DNA of 64,000 bases from the NCBI RefSeq assembly GCF_009914755.1, contig NC_060927.1, one strand, 5' to 3'. Shown piece after piece: positions 43,140 to 55,275 of this stretch; positions within the stretch are counted from its first letter, which is position 1; each line of letters begins with the position of its first letter. Position numbers and translations under genes: made by a program. The notes beneath the pieces are model-generated. The model did no database searches, was not told the origin of the DNA, and saw nothing but the letters and a program-made list of their open reading frames with translations. The stretch comes from the human T2T-CHM13v2.0 reference genome, Homo sapiens.

Positions 43140-43910
43140 TCAACTAAACTTTAGAGTGATATTGACAGTGGCTTTCCCAACTCCATTGTTGTCTGTCAAG
43201 AGTTTTATTCGGTCTCAAAACAATTTGCCGTGAACGCCCTTGTTTGCTTGCCACGCTGGTCTTTGTTCAGGCTGAAAACTTTGATTTATAACTGTATATA
43301 ATTGATGGCTGTGGGGTAGGGGGACTATAGCCCTTGCTCCTCCTCTTTTAATCTAGCTTTGCTTAGAAATCCATGTAGTGGAGCATTCTCAAGGGAACCG
43401 GGCTGGGAAATTTTCCATATACCCAATGGGAGGCCATTAATCATGGTGAGGAGTGTGTTTGTGAAAGTAAAGAAAACAAAAGTCAGACCACCTCAAGATG
43501 GCTTATCAAAAGAATAGATGTTAAAGCTAATGTATTCATTGTGGGGCATTTCTGAAGAAAAGTGAAGCTATTTGGTGAACCAGATATATTTGCTATTCCA
43601 AAAGCAAAATTTGACATTAGTATTTCAAGTTATTAGTATTGAAAAGCCGCTCCCAGAGTCTCTGACAAGTTGCTAAGTTGCTGACTGGGGAGCAGATGAA
43701 AGCTCTTTTTTTAAATGGCACAAGTCTCTTTTTTCTAATAATGAAAAAAGAAGGAAAATACAGATTTTTTTGGCAGCTTTATCACAATGTAGCTTGCAGA
43801 ACCTGTCATTCTAATATTTGCTGAATTTAATGCCTTGTTCCCTCCCCACCCTGCCCCCTTTAAGTTTTACTAATTGAGTAAGAGTCTGTGAAACTTTCTA
43901 AGTTGACATT
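43140..43910. promoter_or_regulatory. Candidate developmental enhancer (MEIS/PBX-HOX/SOX/KLF motif cluster)
   Basis: Repeat-poor block containing TTGACAG/CTGTCAA, CCATTGTT, TGATTTAT and CCCCACCC; motif evidence only. Confidence 0.3.
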
Positions 43911-45972
43911 TCTTTAGGGTGCAGAGATTGATACTAAGTTTCTGAAAGTAATTAGAGATTCTTCTCAAGGGTTAGAAATAATAGAGTGAGCCGATTTTTT
44001 TTTTAAACAAATTCATTGTAAAGAACAGACTTTATAATTTATTTTTGGTTTATTTTGGTTTTCCTCCATAAAAATTATCCTGCAAGCTGAAGATACTTTA
44101 TTGTATTTCAGTAGCATGCACAGAAAAAAAAAGTATGTGTTTTTCAAATAATGCCAAGACCAGAGTAATATAGCACAGTAATACAAAATTAGAGTACATT
44201 GGAGTATACAGAAAATTTTATATTTATTATTTACACAAAGTATTTTAGTGATTGAGAGTGTTTTTCCAGCAGGGATAAATAAAGGAAGTACAAATAAAAC
44301 CAAAGAGAGTTGAAAGCATTGATCAGGACTCAATCATCCCAAAAAAAATCCCAAATTATGAAAAGAGTATGTTGAAATACGGTTTGATATCAGTTCACTG
44401 TATTTAGTAAATTAACTGTTCTTACCATTGAAAAAGCACTTAAAGTGGTCTGAAGCAAAATGTTGTAATTCATTTTTTCATGCGCCTATTGATAGAGACT
44501 TTTAAAGTTATTTGTTTTATTTTGGGTTGTTTTATCTCAGTGAGGTTCAGCAATAGCAAGCCTCTCCTTGAAAGAGAAGCCAAGAATATTTACAATTCAT
44601 TTCCTCTTATTTAAAGGAGTTTGAACTGATAAATAGTTTCCATACGAATGATACTAGAGTCAAGATGGAAATAGTGCTTTTCATAGATTCTATTCCTAGT
44701 TAAATGTGAATCCTTTGAAATTAAGAGAAAGACAGTTCCCAGATGTTAGTATATTAGCCGTCAAAGTCCCCACTGAATGGCACAAAAATCAATGGGCCTT
44801 GGAGAGCAATCCCTTCACATTGACCTGATGTAGGATGTGACTTCTATCCAGGTCTACTGGTGTAACTTATCAGAAAGATATACATTAACCGAATGACAGA
44901 AAGCAGGAATTAAAATCTATAGTTAATCTGAGTGAAAGCACAGAATAACACAGACATAGGTCAACTCTGAAGAATTAAAAATCCATTTCCTTGAAGGAGG
45001 TGAGAGACAAGCTCTGAGGGAGCTAGCTTACCTCTTGGCACCTTTGCATATCATCAAAAAGAACTTCATTCAAAATAAACCCTCTGAGAACCATGCATAC
45101 TTCTTTTTTAAGTTCTTGGGAAAAATAAGTACTTGAGGAAACATTTTAATATTGTCTATTCTTAAGCCTCTCTATGCTTCTGGTGTTCGTTCTTTTTTCT
45201 AACAGCTTTGCATTTCAAAAACAATGTTAACTTGTTTTGCACAAATATTTTAATCTTAAGAAATATTTCACTGCCTGTGTTCAATATATAACTTCCAAAC
45301 TTTAAAAACCAAAACACTGTCACTTTTGTCACCATCTCCTGTGCTCTGAAGATGTTTAAACCTAAGAACAAATATCATTCTGAACACTTTCCATTGAACA
45401 CATTCCTGTTGTCTGATGCTGTCATATAATGTAGATGTTGTAGCCTTGGGGAACGAAATTTTTCATTAATCCTTTGGGATACAGCCCTTAATATAGACAA
45501 TGAATCTCTTCTCACTTCCTATATAAACAGTTCAGATCAGACAAAAATACTCATGGTACTAAGGAGACAAAAATGCTCTCCCTCAAACAAAGTCTAACTT
45601 TTAAACCATAAGCAGGGAAGAATTTCAGAAACAGCCAATATACACTTAGAATGAATAATTGCTGTATGGTGTATCACAACAACCGTCTCTTGTTCAAACT
45701 CACACTCCATTTTTCATGTGGGGGAAAGAGATGGTTTCCTTCAAGAAATGTTTAAGATGATCCGTGATTTCAAAACTGCTACATGTATATTATTAAAATA
45801 TGAAGCCTATTGGCTGTGTTCCAGAAAAGCTGAAGTAGGTTAAAGGACATAATGAACAGTTACAGCTTTGCGTGCAATTATTTAATTGGGGAATGGGTTT
45901 TTCTATCACTGTCCCTGGCAGTAGCAGCCATTTGATCCTGGGGCTTGGATTAAATGTTTCATCAGTAGTGCC

Positions 45973-46056
45973 TATTTAAGGATCTTTATAGAACAACAAG
46001 TCAGTCCCCTGGGCAAGCCCACGTCAACTGCAATAAAGAGATCTGTACAAGTGAGT
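45973..46056 (+). promoter_or_regulatory. Candidate TATA+Inr core promoter and first exon
   Basis: TATTTAA at 45973, Inr TCAGTCC with A at 46003 (30 bp spacing), donor AA|GTGAGT after 46050. Confidence 0.35.
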
Positions 46057-48175
46057 GAGAGGTATTTTTTTGCAAGATGTACAGAGAATTGAATGTGCAC
46101 TGTGCTGTCTGGATGCCTTCTGAGGTTCGAAGATACACATCTCTTTATGACAAAGGTTGGAAGCTGAACCCAGCCTGTCAGTGGGATTTTATGATTTCCT
46201 TAGGAAAATGAATTCTCAAGCTACTGCCCTCTTTCCGAGCTCAGGTGAGTCTTTGGCAAACAGGAAAAGTGCAGAGAAGCTGTGATTTACCTTTCCTAGG
46301 AAATAGCGGCTTCTGAACTAAACTTTACACTGGACAGCTCGTTGCTTTATGCCTTCTACGGAATCCACCATCTGTTTCACATGGGGTAGATATAAATTTT
46401 ATAGGCTTCTCAATTAGGTTTCGGTTTGTTTAGGGTATTTTTCCCCACTTACTCTCCAAGTGCTCATATACATAAATGCATGCAGCTAAGTATGACTGGA
46501 ATATTTGTGGAGTGGGCATTAAAAGGCATTTGTCACATTAAAACAGTTGGATACATTTAAAAGCATTCTGGAAACTGAAATGTGAACATCTGTATAAAAA
46601 AAGACAAAAAATATCTATTGTTGCTGCCATCCGTATTCATGTAAAAAGGTTTAATTTGGGGTTTATGTTTCCCTCTGTGGTGCTGTGATCATATTGGTTT
46701 GGTCTGCATATTCTGCAAGTTATCTCAAAATTGATAAAAATGCATCCTGCAACTTGGTTGAATCGGAAGATGTGTGTGGAGATATATTTTCAGAATCTGA
46801 GGGATGGTGTCGGGGTGTGCTGTTTCACTCAAATTAAGAAACCAGTTGCAGCACAATGTTCTTTTATGGACTTGTAGTATTTGGATAATTGAATGGCTAT
46901 GCTCTGCCTCACTATAGCTTAAGAGGCATCTTTCCTAGATTGGGGAAAAGCAGAAACAAGTGCTTTTACAGCCAGGCTCCAGAAATCTGCTGACGAGGCA
47001 CTTAGGAGAGAGGAGGCGGTCTTGTCTATTGCTCAGATAAGTTCACAAAATCTTTCCCATCCGTTAAGTGATGGAAAAAAGTATCCAACCGAAAAGGTTG
47101 CAAACTATTGTGATGTTTGAGCTCTTTTGAGAACAGAATGGCAAAGCAAATACTCAAAATGCCTTTTTCTCTTAGTTTCATTTAGAACTTTTTGTTTGTT
47201 CATTTGTTTGCCCAAGATCTTAAAACAAAACAAAAAAACCTCTTTCCATATAAAGTGTCTCTATTCTGCTAATTTGTAAGTAGGGATTCCTCAAGATTTT
47301 AGAGGAAATTGAAGCATAATCTAGTTGTCTCTCTTATTTTTACTATTGTTCCTAATACTACCTTTCATGGTGTGCCTGTAAAGTATACAATAACTGTTAA
47401 CTCCAGCCCTCTCCCCACACCACCAAAAACAGGCTGCCACCTGGAATTTGTAATCTTTGATTCAAATTACATGTTTGCTCTTTTTTTTCCAGAAAAGAAT
47501 GTGGGAGATTTTTTTAATTGTGCAGAAATTTTGCGAATGCCTTCTCTTTGATAAGACGCCTCTGAGAGAAGTGTGTTGTCTTGCCATGTAATTGTTACTG
47601 GTTATGGAGACATTTTTCCACTGAATGGATTCCCAGATAATGTCACCTGAACATGAGTTTCATGTGTAAGGGAGAATGATGCACTGGTCATTTTTCCTTG
47701 TGCCCTTATTCAGTCTCTCATGTTCATTTAGGAGGTAGAGAGAGATGACTTATTCTACAGCTAAGAGAAACTGAGACATTTCTTATAGCATTACAGAGGT
47801 ATAGTGAAAAAGGGGAATTTAAATTATGATATTCCAATTGCCTTTCCACTAAATGCCATTCCATCCCTACTTAGAGCACAGGTGTTGCTTACAATGATAC
47901 TGACTATGGATTAGTCTCATCTCATGGTCATCTCATGCTCTGGTACAGGTGGGATATTAAAAATCTCTTGCTCACAGTGGACACGTTGCTCATGAGTTTT
48001 GCTACCATCTCAACTGGATAATTAGGTTTTGGTTATTTTATTTTTTGTTCAATGATCCAGCATTATATAAAGCTGTCTGATACTTCTCCTTTTATACAAG
48101 TAGCTGGATTGGGACAGAATATTGTTGTTCTTTTAATTTTTGTTGGTGAAAATTAGGAAGTAGTATTTCTCAGAA

Positions 48176-48796
48176 TGAAACTAACTTTGCAAAAACTATA
48201 ACAGTGAGAAAATTATGGCAGTGAAAAGATCTGATCTGACCAGTTCCCATCTAGCCTTTAGCCTCCAAAATGCCCTTAATTATTCCTAGGCTTGGGCCAA
48301 ACTAACTTTGGGAAACATTTAATGTATAGTTTACATAATAATAGCCCTTCCCCCAAACTAGAGCACATTTTTAAAGCTAATGAGAGACCACCAGGCTAGG
48401 AAGATGAGATGAGCCTGAATTCTGCTTACATGTAGACATAAACAATTACCTGCCATTATTCTGGAGGTCGCAGGTTTGCAACTTCCTCAGTTACTCCTGC
48501 AGATAATATCCTTGTTGTAGAATCTAAGATTGGCCTTTCAAGATGTCTTTACGGGGTTTTTTTTTGCATGTCTCATGATGACCATAGCTCCACCTGGACT
48601 GCAGACCACTCCTGTGGCCCAGCCAGAAGTGACTAAGCTCACATGAGGACGATTTCCCACACCCCTATGATTGCACACCCAACCAATTGGCAACAAGCAC
48701 CCATTGCCTAGCCACCCCTTTCTCTTTGCTCAAACTATCCTTGAAAAATGCTAGCCTCCAAATTTTCAGGGAGACTGATTTGAGTCATAATAAAAC
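48176..48796 (+). mobile_element. LTR8-family (ERV1) LTR, 3'-truncated
   Basis: tgaaactaactttgcaaaa..aacagtgagaaaattatg..ctaactttggga..gggagactgatttgagt..aataaaac; U5 apparently absent. Confidence 0.88.
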
Positions 48797-49179
48797 ACAT
48801 ATATACACAAAACAAAATACCAAATACAAGATCTGTGTGTACTCCCAAGTTCAGACTAACAACCCAGAACAAAGTGCCTGAGGAGCAAACTAGCTTGTAA
48901 GTGGGTATGGTCCAGACCCAGAGAAAATGATGACAGAACCCAGCAATTCTAAGGATTCTGCTGCCTTAAGAACTAGCCATTGAGTTACTTAAACTGAGTT
49001 GAATCTTCACATGTTTACAGTTGTCTGTTACTTGCATATAGAAGGTCTATTCAATGCTGTTTTCCAGCTTATCCACTGTTAATAACACTAAAGTCTGTCT
49101 GAAATTCTTCCTAAGGGATGCCTTCTCCATATCATTGGGTGATGGCATATGTAGCTATACCCCTATCAAATATGCCTAA

Positions 49180-49700
49180 TAGTCATTTATTAAGCACCTA
49201 CTATGTCCTGGGCAAATAGCAAAAATTCTCTGGAGGAACCCCATGAAGAAGGTAATATCATTCTCATTTTACAAAAAGAGGACATTGACCAGGAGCAGTA
49301 GCTCACACCTGTAATCTCAGCACTTTGGGAGGCCAAGGTGGGTGGATCACTTGAGTTTAGAAACTTGAGAACAGCTTGGGCAACTTGGCAAAACCTTGTC
49401 TCTACCAAAAATACAAAAAATTAGCCAGGTGTGATGGCATGCGCCTGTGGTCCCAGCTATTCAGGAGGCTTAGGGAGAGGATGGCTTGAGCCCAGGAGGC
49501 AGAGGGTGCAGTGAATCAAGATCATGCCATTGCACTCCAGCCTGGGAGACAGAGTGAGACCCCATCTCAAAAAAAAAAAAAAAAAAAAAAAAAAAGGAAA
49601 CTGCAACACAGTAGTTAAATAACTTGCCCAGGTCACAGGACTACTCAGAATCAGAGTTCTGATGTAGGTTGTCTTGTGCCAAAGCTCTGGCCTTTCACCC
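49180..49700 (-). mobile_element. MIR split by an Alu
   Basis: catttattaagcacctactatg..cattttaca [Alu] ggaaactg..ttaaataacttgcccaggtcacag. Confidence 0.75.
49287..49595 (+). mobile_element. AluJ SINE
   Basis: ggatcacttgag.., ggatggcttgagcccaggagg and gagtgagaccccatctc, followed by poly-A. Confidence 0.93.
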
Positions 49701-49964
49701 TGGGAAGGACTCTCCTGATGTCTTACATCTTTAGTCTGCTTCCTAATTTTCAAAACCATTTCACTTTCGTTTGATGTATTTTTCTTCCTACAGATGCTTG
49801 AGAAAAAGGTAAACAAATAGTTACCTCATTTGACAAATGAGAAAAAAGACTGAAGAAATACAGGAATTCTCTCAAGGTCACAGTTAAGTAGAGCTGCTCT
49901 TCCTCCTTCTGGCCTCTGGTCCAGTGATTTTTTTCCCTTTGGCTCAAGACTTAATCTCAAGATT

Positions 49965-50132
49965 GAGTGGCTCCCAAACTTAGCTGTATATTGCCATCAC
50001 CAGGAGAGCTTTAAAAATTACAGATGCCTGGCATCTACTTCTGGACATTCTGATTTACTTGGTGTAGAATGAATTGGAATGTTAAAAGCTCTTCAGGTGA
50101 TACTGATATGCAGCAGAATTTGGGAACCACTG
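49965..50132. mobile_element. MER5A1-like hAT MITE
   Basis: agtggctcccaaact ... tttgggaaccactg terminal inverted repeats. Confidence 0.8.
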
Positions 50133-50172
50133 CCATCTCTTTCAAGAGAATAGGTTTGGGATTGGTTTACAG

Positions 50173-50345
50173 CAGTGGTTTTCAAAGTATGATCCCTGGA
50201 CCAGCAACATCAGCACCATCTGGGAACTTCTTATAAATGCAAATTCTTGGGTTCCACACTAGACCTGTGAAACAGATACTCTGGAGGGTGAAGCCCAGCA
50301 ATCTGTGTTTTTAACAAGCTTTCCAAGTGATTCCGATGCAAGCCA
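50173..50345 (+). mobile_element. MER5A hAT MITE
   Basis: cagtggttttcaaagt..ggaccagcaacatcagca..aaatgcaaattc..gcccagcaatctgtgtttttaacaag. Confidence 0.88.
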
Positions 50346-51971
50346 ACCCCCTTGGCCATACATCCTCCCAACAGGTTTATGATGTGGAACATGGTGACCA
50401 GCTGTCTGCTATTTATATTGAGGCCAGAGCTGTGGAGAAATATATTTAAACTCAAATGACAGTACAAGGCATTCAGATTTGTATTGAAAGATGGATTTCC
50501 TGGTGGTGTAGGTTGCGAACAGCAAGAATAAAAAGCTGAGGGAGGATTTTGGAATCTTTCTGGGGGTGGCCAGAGTATTACACCATCAAAAGAAAAAAAG
50601 CAAAAGGAAAAATGGGCCTCTGGAGAAGAATGATAGAAATAAGTATTGTCATCTGATTTCACTTTAGTCACTTGTAGTTCTTCTTTCCTGATCTTTGAAG
50701 TTAATGGTGATGTCTTCTTAACTGCCACCTTTTGTTTTCTCCTGAAAATCTCAATGCATTTTAAATCTACATCTTCCAAACTGTTCAGCACTGTGGCAGA
50801 AAGCAGGCTCCACCGCCGGGGAAGTGAAGGGGCTGAATTATGAACGGCAAAGTGACTTCTCTCCTGCCTCTTTCCCATTACTGGACTGCTTAATTGGCAT
50901 CATTTCCCTGCTGCCACAATTATTTTTTTCAACATTATAATTTTAAGTAACTCAGTATATTAACCAATTTCCCTAATGCCCTTTGTTGCATGTTTGCTCA
51001 ACGTGGCTGGTTTTTGTCATATTTTTCAAGTGTCTCCCACTGGACTTCACTCAGTAGCTACTTGGGTTAGGTTTTGTTGGTCCTTGTGACAATAGTTTGT
51101 GAAAGAATTAAGATTCCAGGATGTTGAATTAGGGGAGGAGTTAATGGAATATAATTAAACTGAGAACTTGTATGGTGCCTCAAGAGGGGAGAGAAGGAAG
51201 ATAAGCATTTATGTAAGACCAGATACCATTGGAGAAATTGTGGAGAGAGGGGAAGTTGTATCTAAATTTATTGTACAGATTCCAAAAATCCAGTTATTTG
51301 ACAGTAGTCATTAGTCACCAATTCTAAGATGCCTTATACACAAAATATCCCCCTGTAATTTAGTAAGTTATCTATTTTTAGTTGTATCATTTTGTGTCCA
51401 ATAACTGACTTTTTTGACTCTGACATCATTTGACGTTTTCTGTTTCCCTCAGGTAGTGAGGAACATATAGTTAAAAATGCAATCAAAACGCTGAGGAAGA
51501 AAGGCAAGAGAGGGTGGAGAAGAGGGCAGCTTAGCCACTTTTACCTGGGCTGAGTGGGTGTGTTTCACCTCCTAGTATCTCAAGATGATTAATCTGGGGG
51601 TGGACCCTGCATATTCATCATCTGTCAGTTGAGGCTCCTGGGAAGACTAATCTATTCACAGACATGACATTGTCAAAGGAATAGGTGCCACAATAAGAAA
51701 GTGGCTAGCAACTACTTCATTGACTAAGAAGTGATATGGGATATAAAGTGCTGTTTCCTTTCCAGTTACCTGAAACCTCTCTGATCAAATCTTCTCCAGC
51801 CTGTGGGGTTTTGCATAAGAAGGTACAAACCTTTTTTTCTGATAGCCAAGAATAAAAGAGGTATGTTCACCACCTCAGAAATCTTGCTTTATAGGTTATT
51901 CCTTTTAGTTCTTTTGTAGCAATTTAGCTAAATGGGTGCAAGTGACTTGAAAGATAGAAGACTAGCAAACA

Positions 51972-52290
51972 ATCAGAGACAGTAACAATTCTACCCTTCA
52001 TGTTGCCATACTTTGTGCCATGAATGAAAGAACCACTGAAACTAAACAATACACGCATGACTTGATTTGCGGTGCACTGGACCGCTTCTTGGAGGTGAAC
52101 CAAACACTATTTGATGACTGTACACAACAATTTAATGCAGGGAAACTAAAAGAGAAGCAGCATGGTTTAAAATAGAAATCTACTCAAAGCAAATTTGCAG
52201 GTACTAAAAAAGAAAGTAACATGAAAACATTGAGGGGGTTACTTGAATGTTTTTATAAAGTAGTAATATAATTTCATCATGAGAGGGGAA
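51972..52290 (+). pseudogene. PPP2R5C: Processed pseudogene fragment of PP2A regulatory subunit B56-gamma (gamma1 isoform 3' end); symbol is the parent gene
   Basis: Piecewise translation [66 protein letters not shown] (stop 52222-52224) versus remembered PPP2R5[71 protein letters not shown]; has stops and frameshifts, no introns. Confidence 0.88.
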
Positions 52291-52350
52291 GGAAATTGCA
52301 GATATTTTCATATAGAATGTTAGTGAAATCAATCAGAAATACTTTCCAAA

Positions 52351-52508
52351 AGCCAGGTGCAGTGGTGCATGCCTATAGGCCCAGCTACTCAGGCTTGAGG
52401 AGGGAGGCTCGCTTGAGCCCAGGAGTTCTGGACTGTGCCTAGGAAGAGCCACCATACTCCAGCCTAGGCATATCCCAGCCTAGTGAGACATCATCTCTAA
52501 AAACAAAA
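52351..52508 (+). mobile_element. Fossil Alu monomer (FAM-like)
   Basis: gccaggtgcagtggtgcatgcc..cgcttgagcccaggagttctgg (7SL/FAM-type), single arm, short A tail. Confidence 0.75.
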
Positions 52509-53411
52509 GCTTTCTAATTCTTACCTAATGGAGAGCAGTGCCACCAATAAATTCCTGGACATGTCCCAGACCAGTTCCAAACTCCAGTTCACCTCCTCAC
52601 TGCCCTCACCTCCTCATTAGCCTTAGTTTCATATCTGTGTCTCAGGTCACAGGTGGTTCTCCTTCGGGAGTGTATTTTTTGGAGGTATGCTTTGTGCTCA
52701 TCCCAATCTTACCCCTACTTTAACTTGAATTCTGAGCATGTACTGCATGTCAGTATTGTATTGGGTTAGACTTAAGATTCAAAGAGAAAACCATGGTCCC
52801 TACCTTTAACTTGTTTAAAGTCCTTTGGAGATTCAGACATGAAAATGACCAGTCCACAGTACCATGTGAATAAATACTGTCAATTTTTGTTTTACTTTTT
52901 ACTGAAATATAATGTACATGCAGAAAAATATACACACACAGCTATGAGTTTTCACCAAGAGCAAGGGGAGCACTGTACAAGGGGACTGGGAAATGTGGGG
53001 AGGCTTCCCACAGGAGGTGAAGCTGGAGCAGAGGCCTGAAGGGTGAAAAGTTGGTATTTACAGGCAGGCAAAGGCAGGCAGTGGAAAGGAGAGTTGATAT
53101 TCTAGGACAGGAATTCTTTCAGCCTACCTTCCAGAAAGATTTTCATAACCACTTGGCTCTCACTGGTCAGCATCCCTTAATCATAGCTAGTTACCCAAAT
53201 TGTAGCACATAACTTAGAAGTTTGAGATCTCTATCGTGCTGTATTATTCATGCTTATTTTTCTAATGTTTGGCTTTATTCTCTAAGAAGATGAAGTCAGT
53301 GGTGCAGAGTGAGAGCAATTCCTACCTGTGTAATATTGGGTAAAGAAGTCCACCTATATAAGGCTTAGCTTCTTCATTGTAAAGGATTGCTGGGAAAAGA
53401 TGAACCTAGAT

Positions 53412-53627
53412 CAGGATTAACAAACTACGGCTGGTGGGTCAAGTCCAGTCTGCCACTTGTTTTTGTGAATAAGGTTTTATTAGACACAGCTATGATCATT
53501 TATACATTGTCTATGGCTGATTTTGCACTGCAGTGGAAAAGTTGAGTAGTTGAACAGAGATTGTCTGGCCCACACAGCCTTAAATATTTATAATCTGGTC
53601 CTTTACAGAAGTAGTTTACTGACCCCG
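53412..53627 (+). mobile_element. MER58A hAT-Charlie MITE
   Basis: caaactacggc..gtttttgtgaataaggttttatt..gttgagtagttg..tctggtcctttacagaa..gtttactgacccc. Confidence 0.9.
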
Positions 53628-54937
53628 ATCCTAAATATTAGCATGTGTTTGTTATTAATAATTGTTCTGAACAAATCCAATGTTAATGCCTAACATATTA
53701 TCTTCCTCCTCAACATCAACCCCTTACCCCTGCAAAATGTTCTTCATTTTATTAGGCTTGTTGTTAAAGAAATTTTAAAGAATGTTTTCCTCTAAGATAT
53801 TTAAGATGCTGCAGCCTCATGACATCCCTGTTTTGAGTGGCTGTAGTATCAACCCTGTGAAAGCTGGGGCTTGGGTCCATTCCCTGCTGCAACCTCAGCG
53901 CTTGGCTGTGTACCTAGCACAGAGAATGTGTGCAAGAGGGAGTCTGTGAGAGGTAAATGATTAAGTAGTTATGAGTGAGGTGGTGAGCATAAAAGGGAAG
54001 ATGGTAACAGAACAGGTAGGCACTCCCAAAGCCCTTGGCTTTAAATATAGCAGTTCGTTTGTCTGACATCCCTGAGGAAAATTGGCCCCCTTCTTACCTT
54101 TTCTGCCTTCCTGACCAAAGTCCGATGTTAACTGTCCATCCTTGTTTCAGAGGAGACACAGACTTATTGAGGACATTTATAGGATTTTTTGCAACCTTGG
54201 GAAAGGGGAGGGCTAGATTGTCAAGATAAGCTTTCAAAGGAAAAATATTAATGTAACAGAATGTGAATGTTCTGAGTGAAGCATTTCATTTATAATGTCT
54301 TAGAAAAGAACAACTTACCGGGGGAAAAAGTTCATCTGAAAAATACCAAGATTAAGATGCATATGTATCATTGAATCAAATTACATCTTCTTAGATATTA
54401 TTATACTATTAACATTGTTCCATTACTGTCAATTTTCCTCTACCTTTCTCATGAGTATTTTCAGGATTTAAAAAAAAAAAAAAAAAACTTTCATTATGTA
54501 GTAGAAGATGCCCAAACATTTGTGTAAAGGTTTTCTTGATGTCAGTCTGTCCATGGAAGGTCACTGGAGTCCTTCCCTTTGTCCTTTGCTGTCCTTTTTC
54601 GGTTTTCCGAGTCTCGGCAATCATAGACCTGAACGTGGTGCATCCCAGAAGTACTTTTACAGAGCTTGGCTTACCTCCATCCTGCTTTCCTTCATTTGTG
54701 TGTGCAGTCCCCTGACTGGGACACGCAGGAAAGCCATGGGAAGACATTAGTGACTGTTCGTAAATGCTTTTCCTTATGGACTACCTTGGCTCCTTGGCCT
54801 ACGATCTTAATTTACTTTAAAATATCATTTCCTGGTTTCACTTGGCCCGTTTTCTACTAAACAAAAGCAATATCTGCTTTGCCTTTTTACCACAAAAACA
54901 CCTGGCTACGCTTTTAGGGGATGAGAGGTAACAAAGT

Positions 54938-55275
54938 GCTCATTCATTCATTCATCCCTGGATTGATTGTCATATCCCTCCAAAGTGGCAAAGTGATTAT
55001 CACTTTAAATGTGGTGAAAATCAAAACAGACAACATATCCGTTTTTATATTTACATCCTGGGGGATGTGAAATAAATCAGCAATAATTGAATCAATAGCA
55101 AGTTAAGGAAATAAATGATAAGTAATATACAGAGATTTTAAATGTTACAGTGCTTGGACAGAGGAACAAATCCAGGTGCCATTTCAACTGTAATCTAAAT
55201 AACAAGAAGGAGCCAGCATGCAGAGACCAGGAAGAAGTGTGTTCTAGATATAGAATTTATTTGAAGGCTAGGGTG
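54938..55275 (-). mobile_element. L2 remnant
   Basis: ctcattcattcattcat tail followed by gaaggagccagcatgcagaga..gttctag. Confidence 0.6.

Noticed and set aside
50231-50878. Longest ORF (215 aa, - strand)
   Set aside because: The C-terminal part is MER5A sequence; no recognisable domain; consistent with a chance open frame
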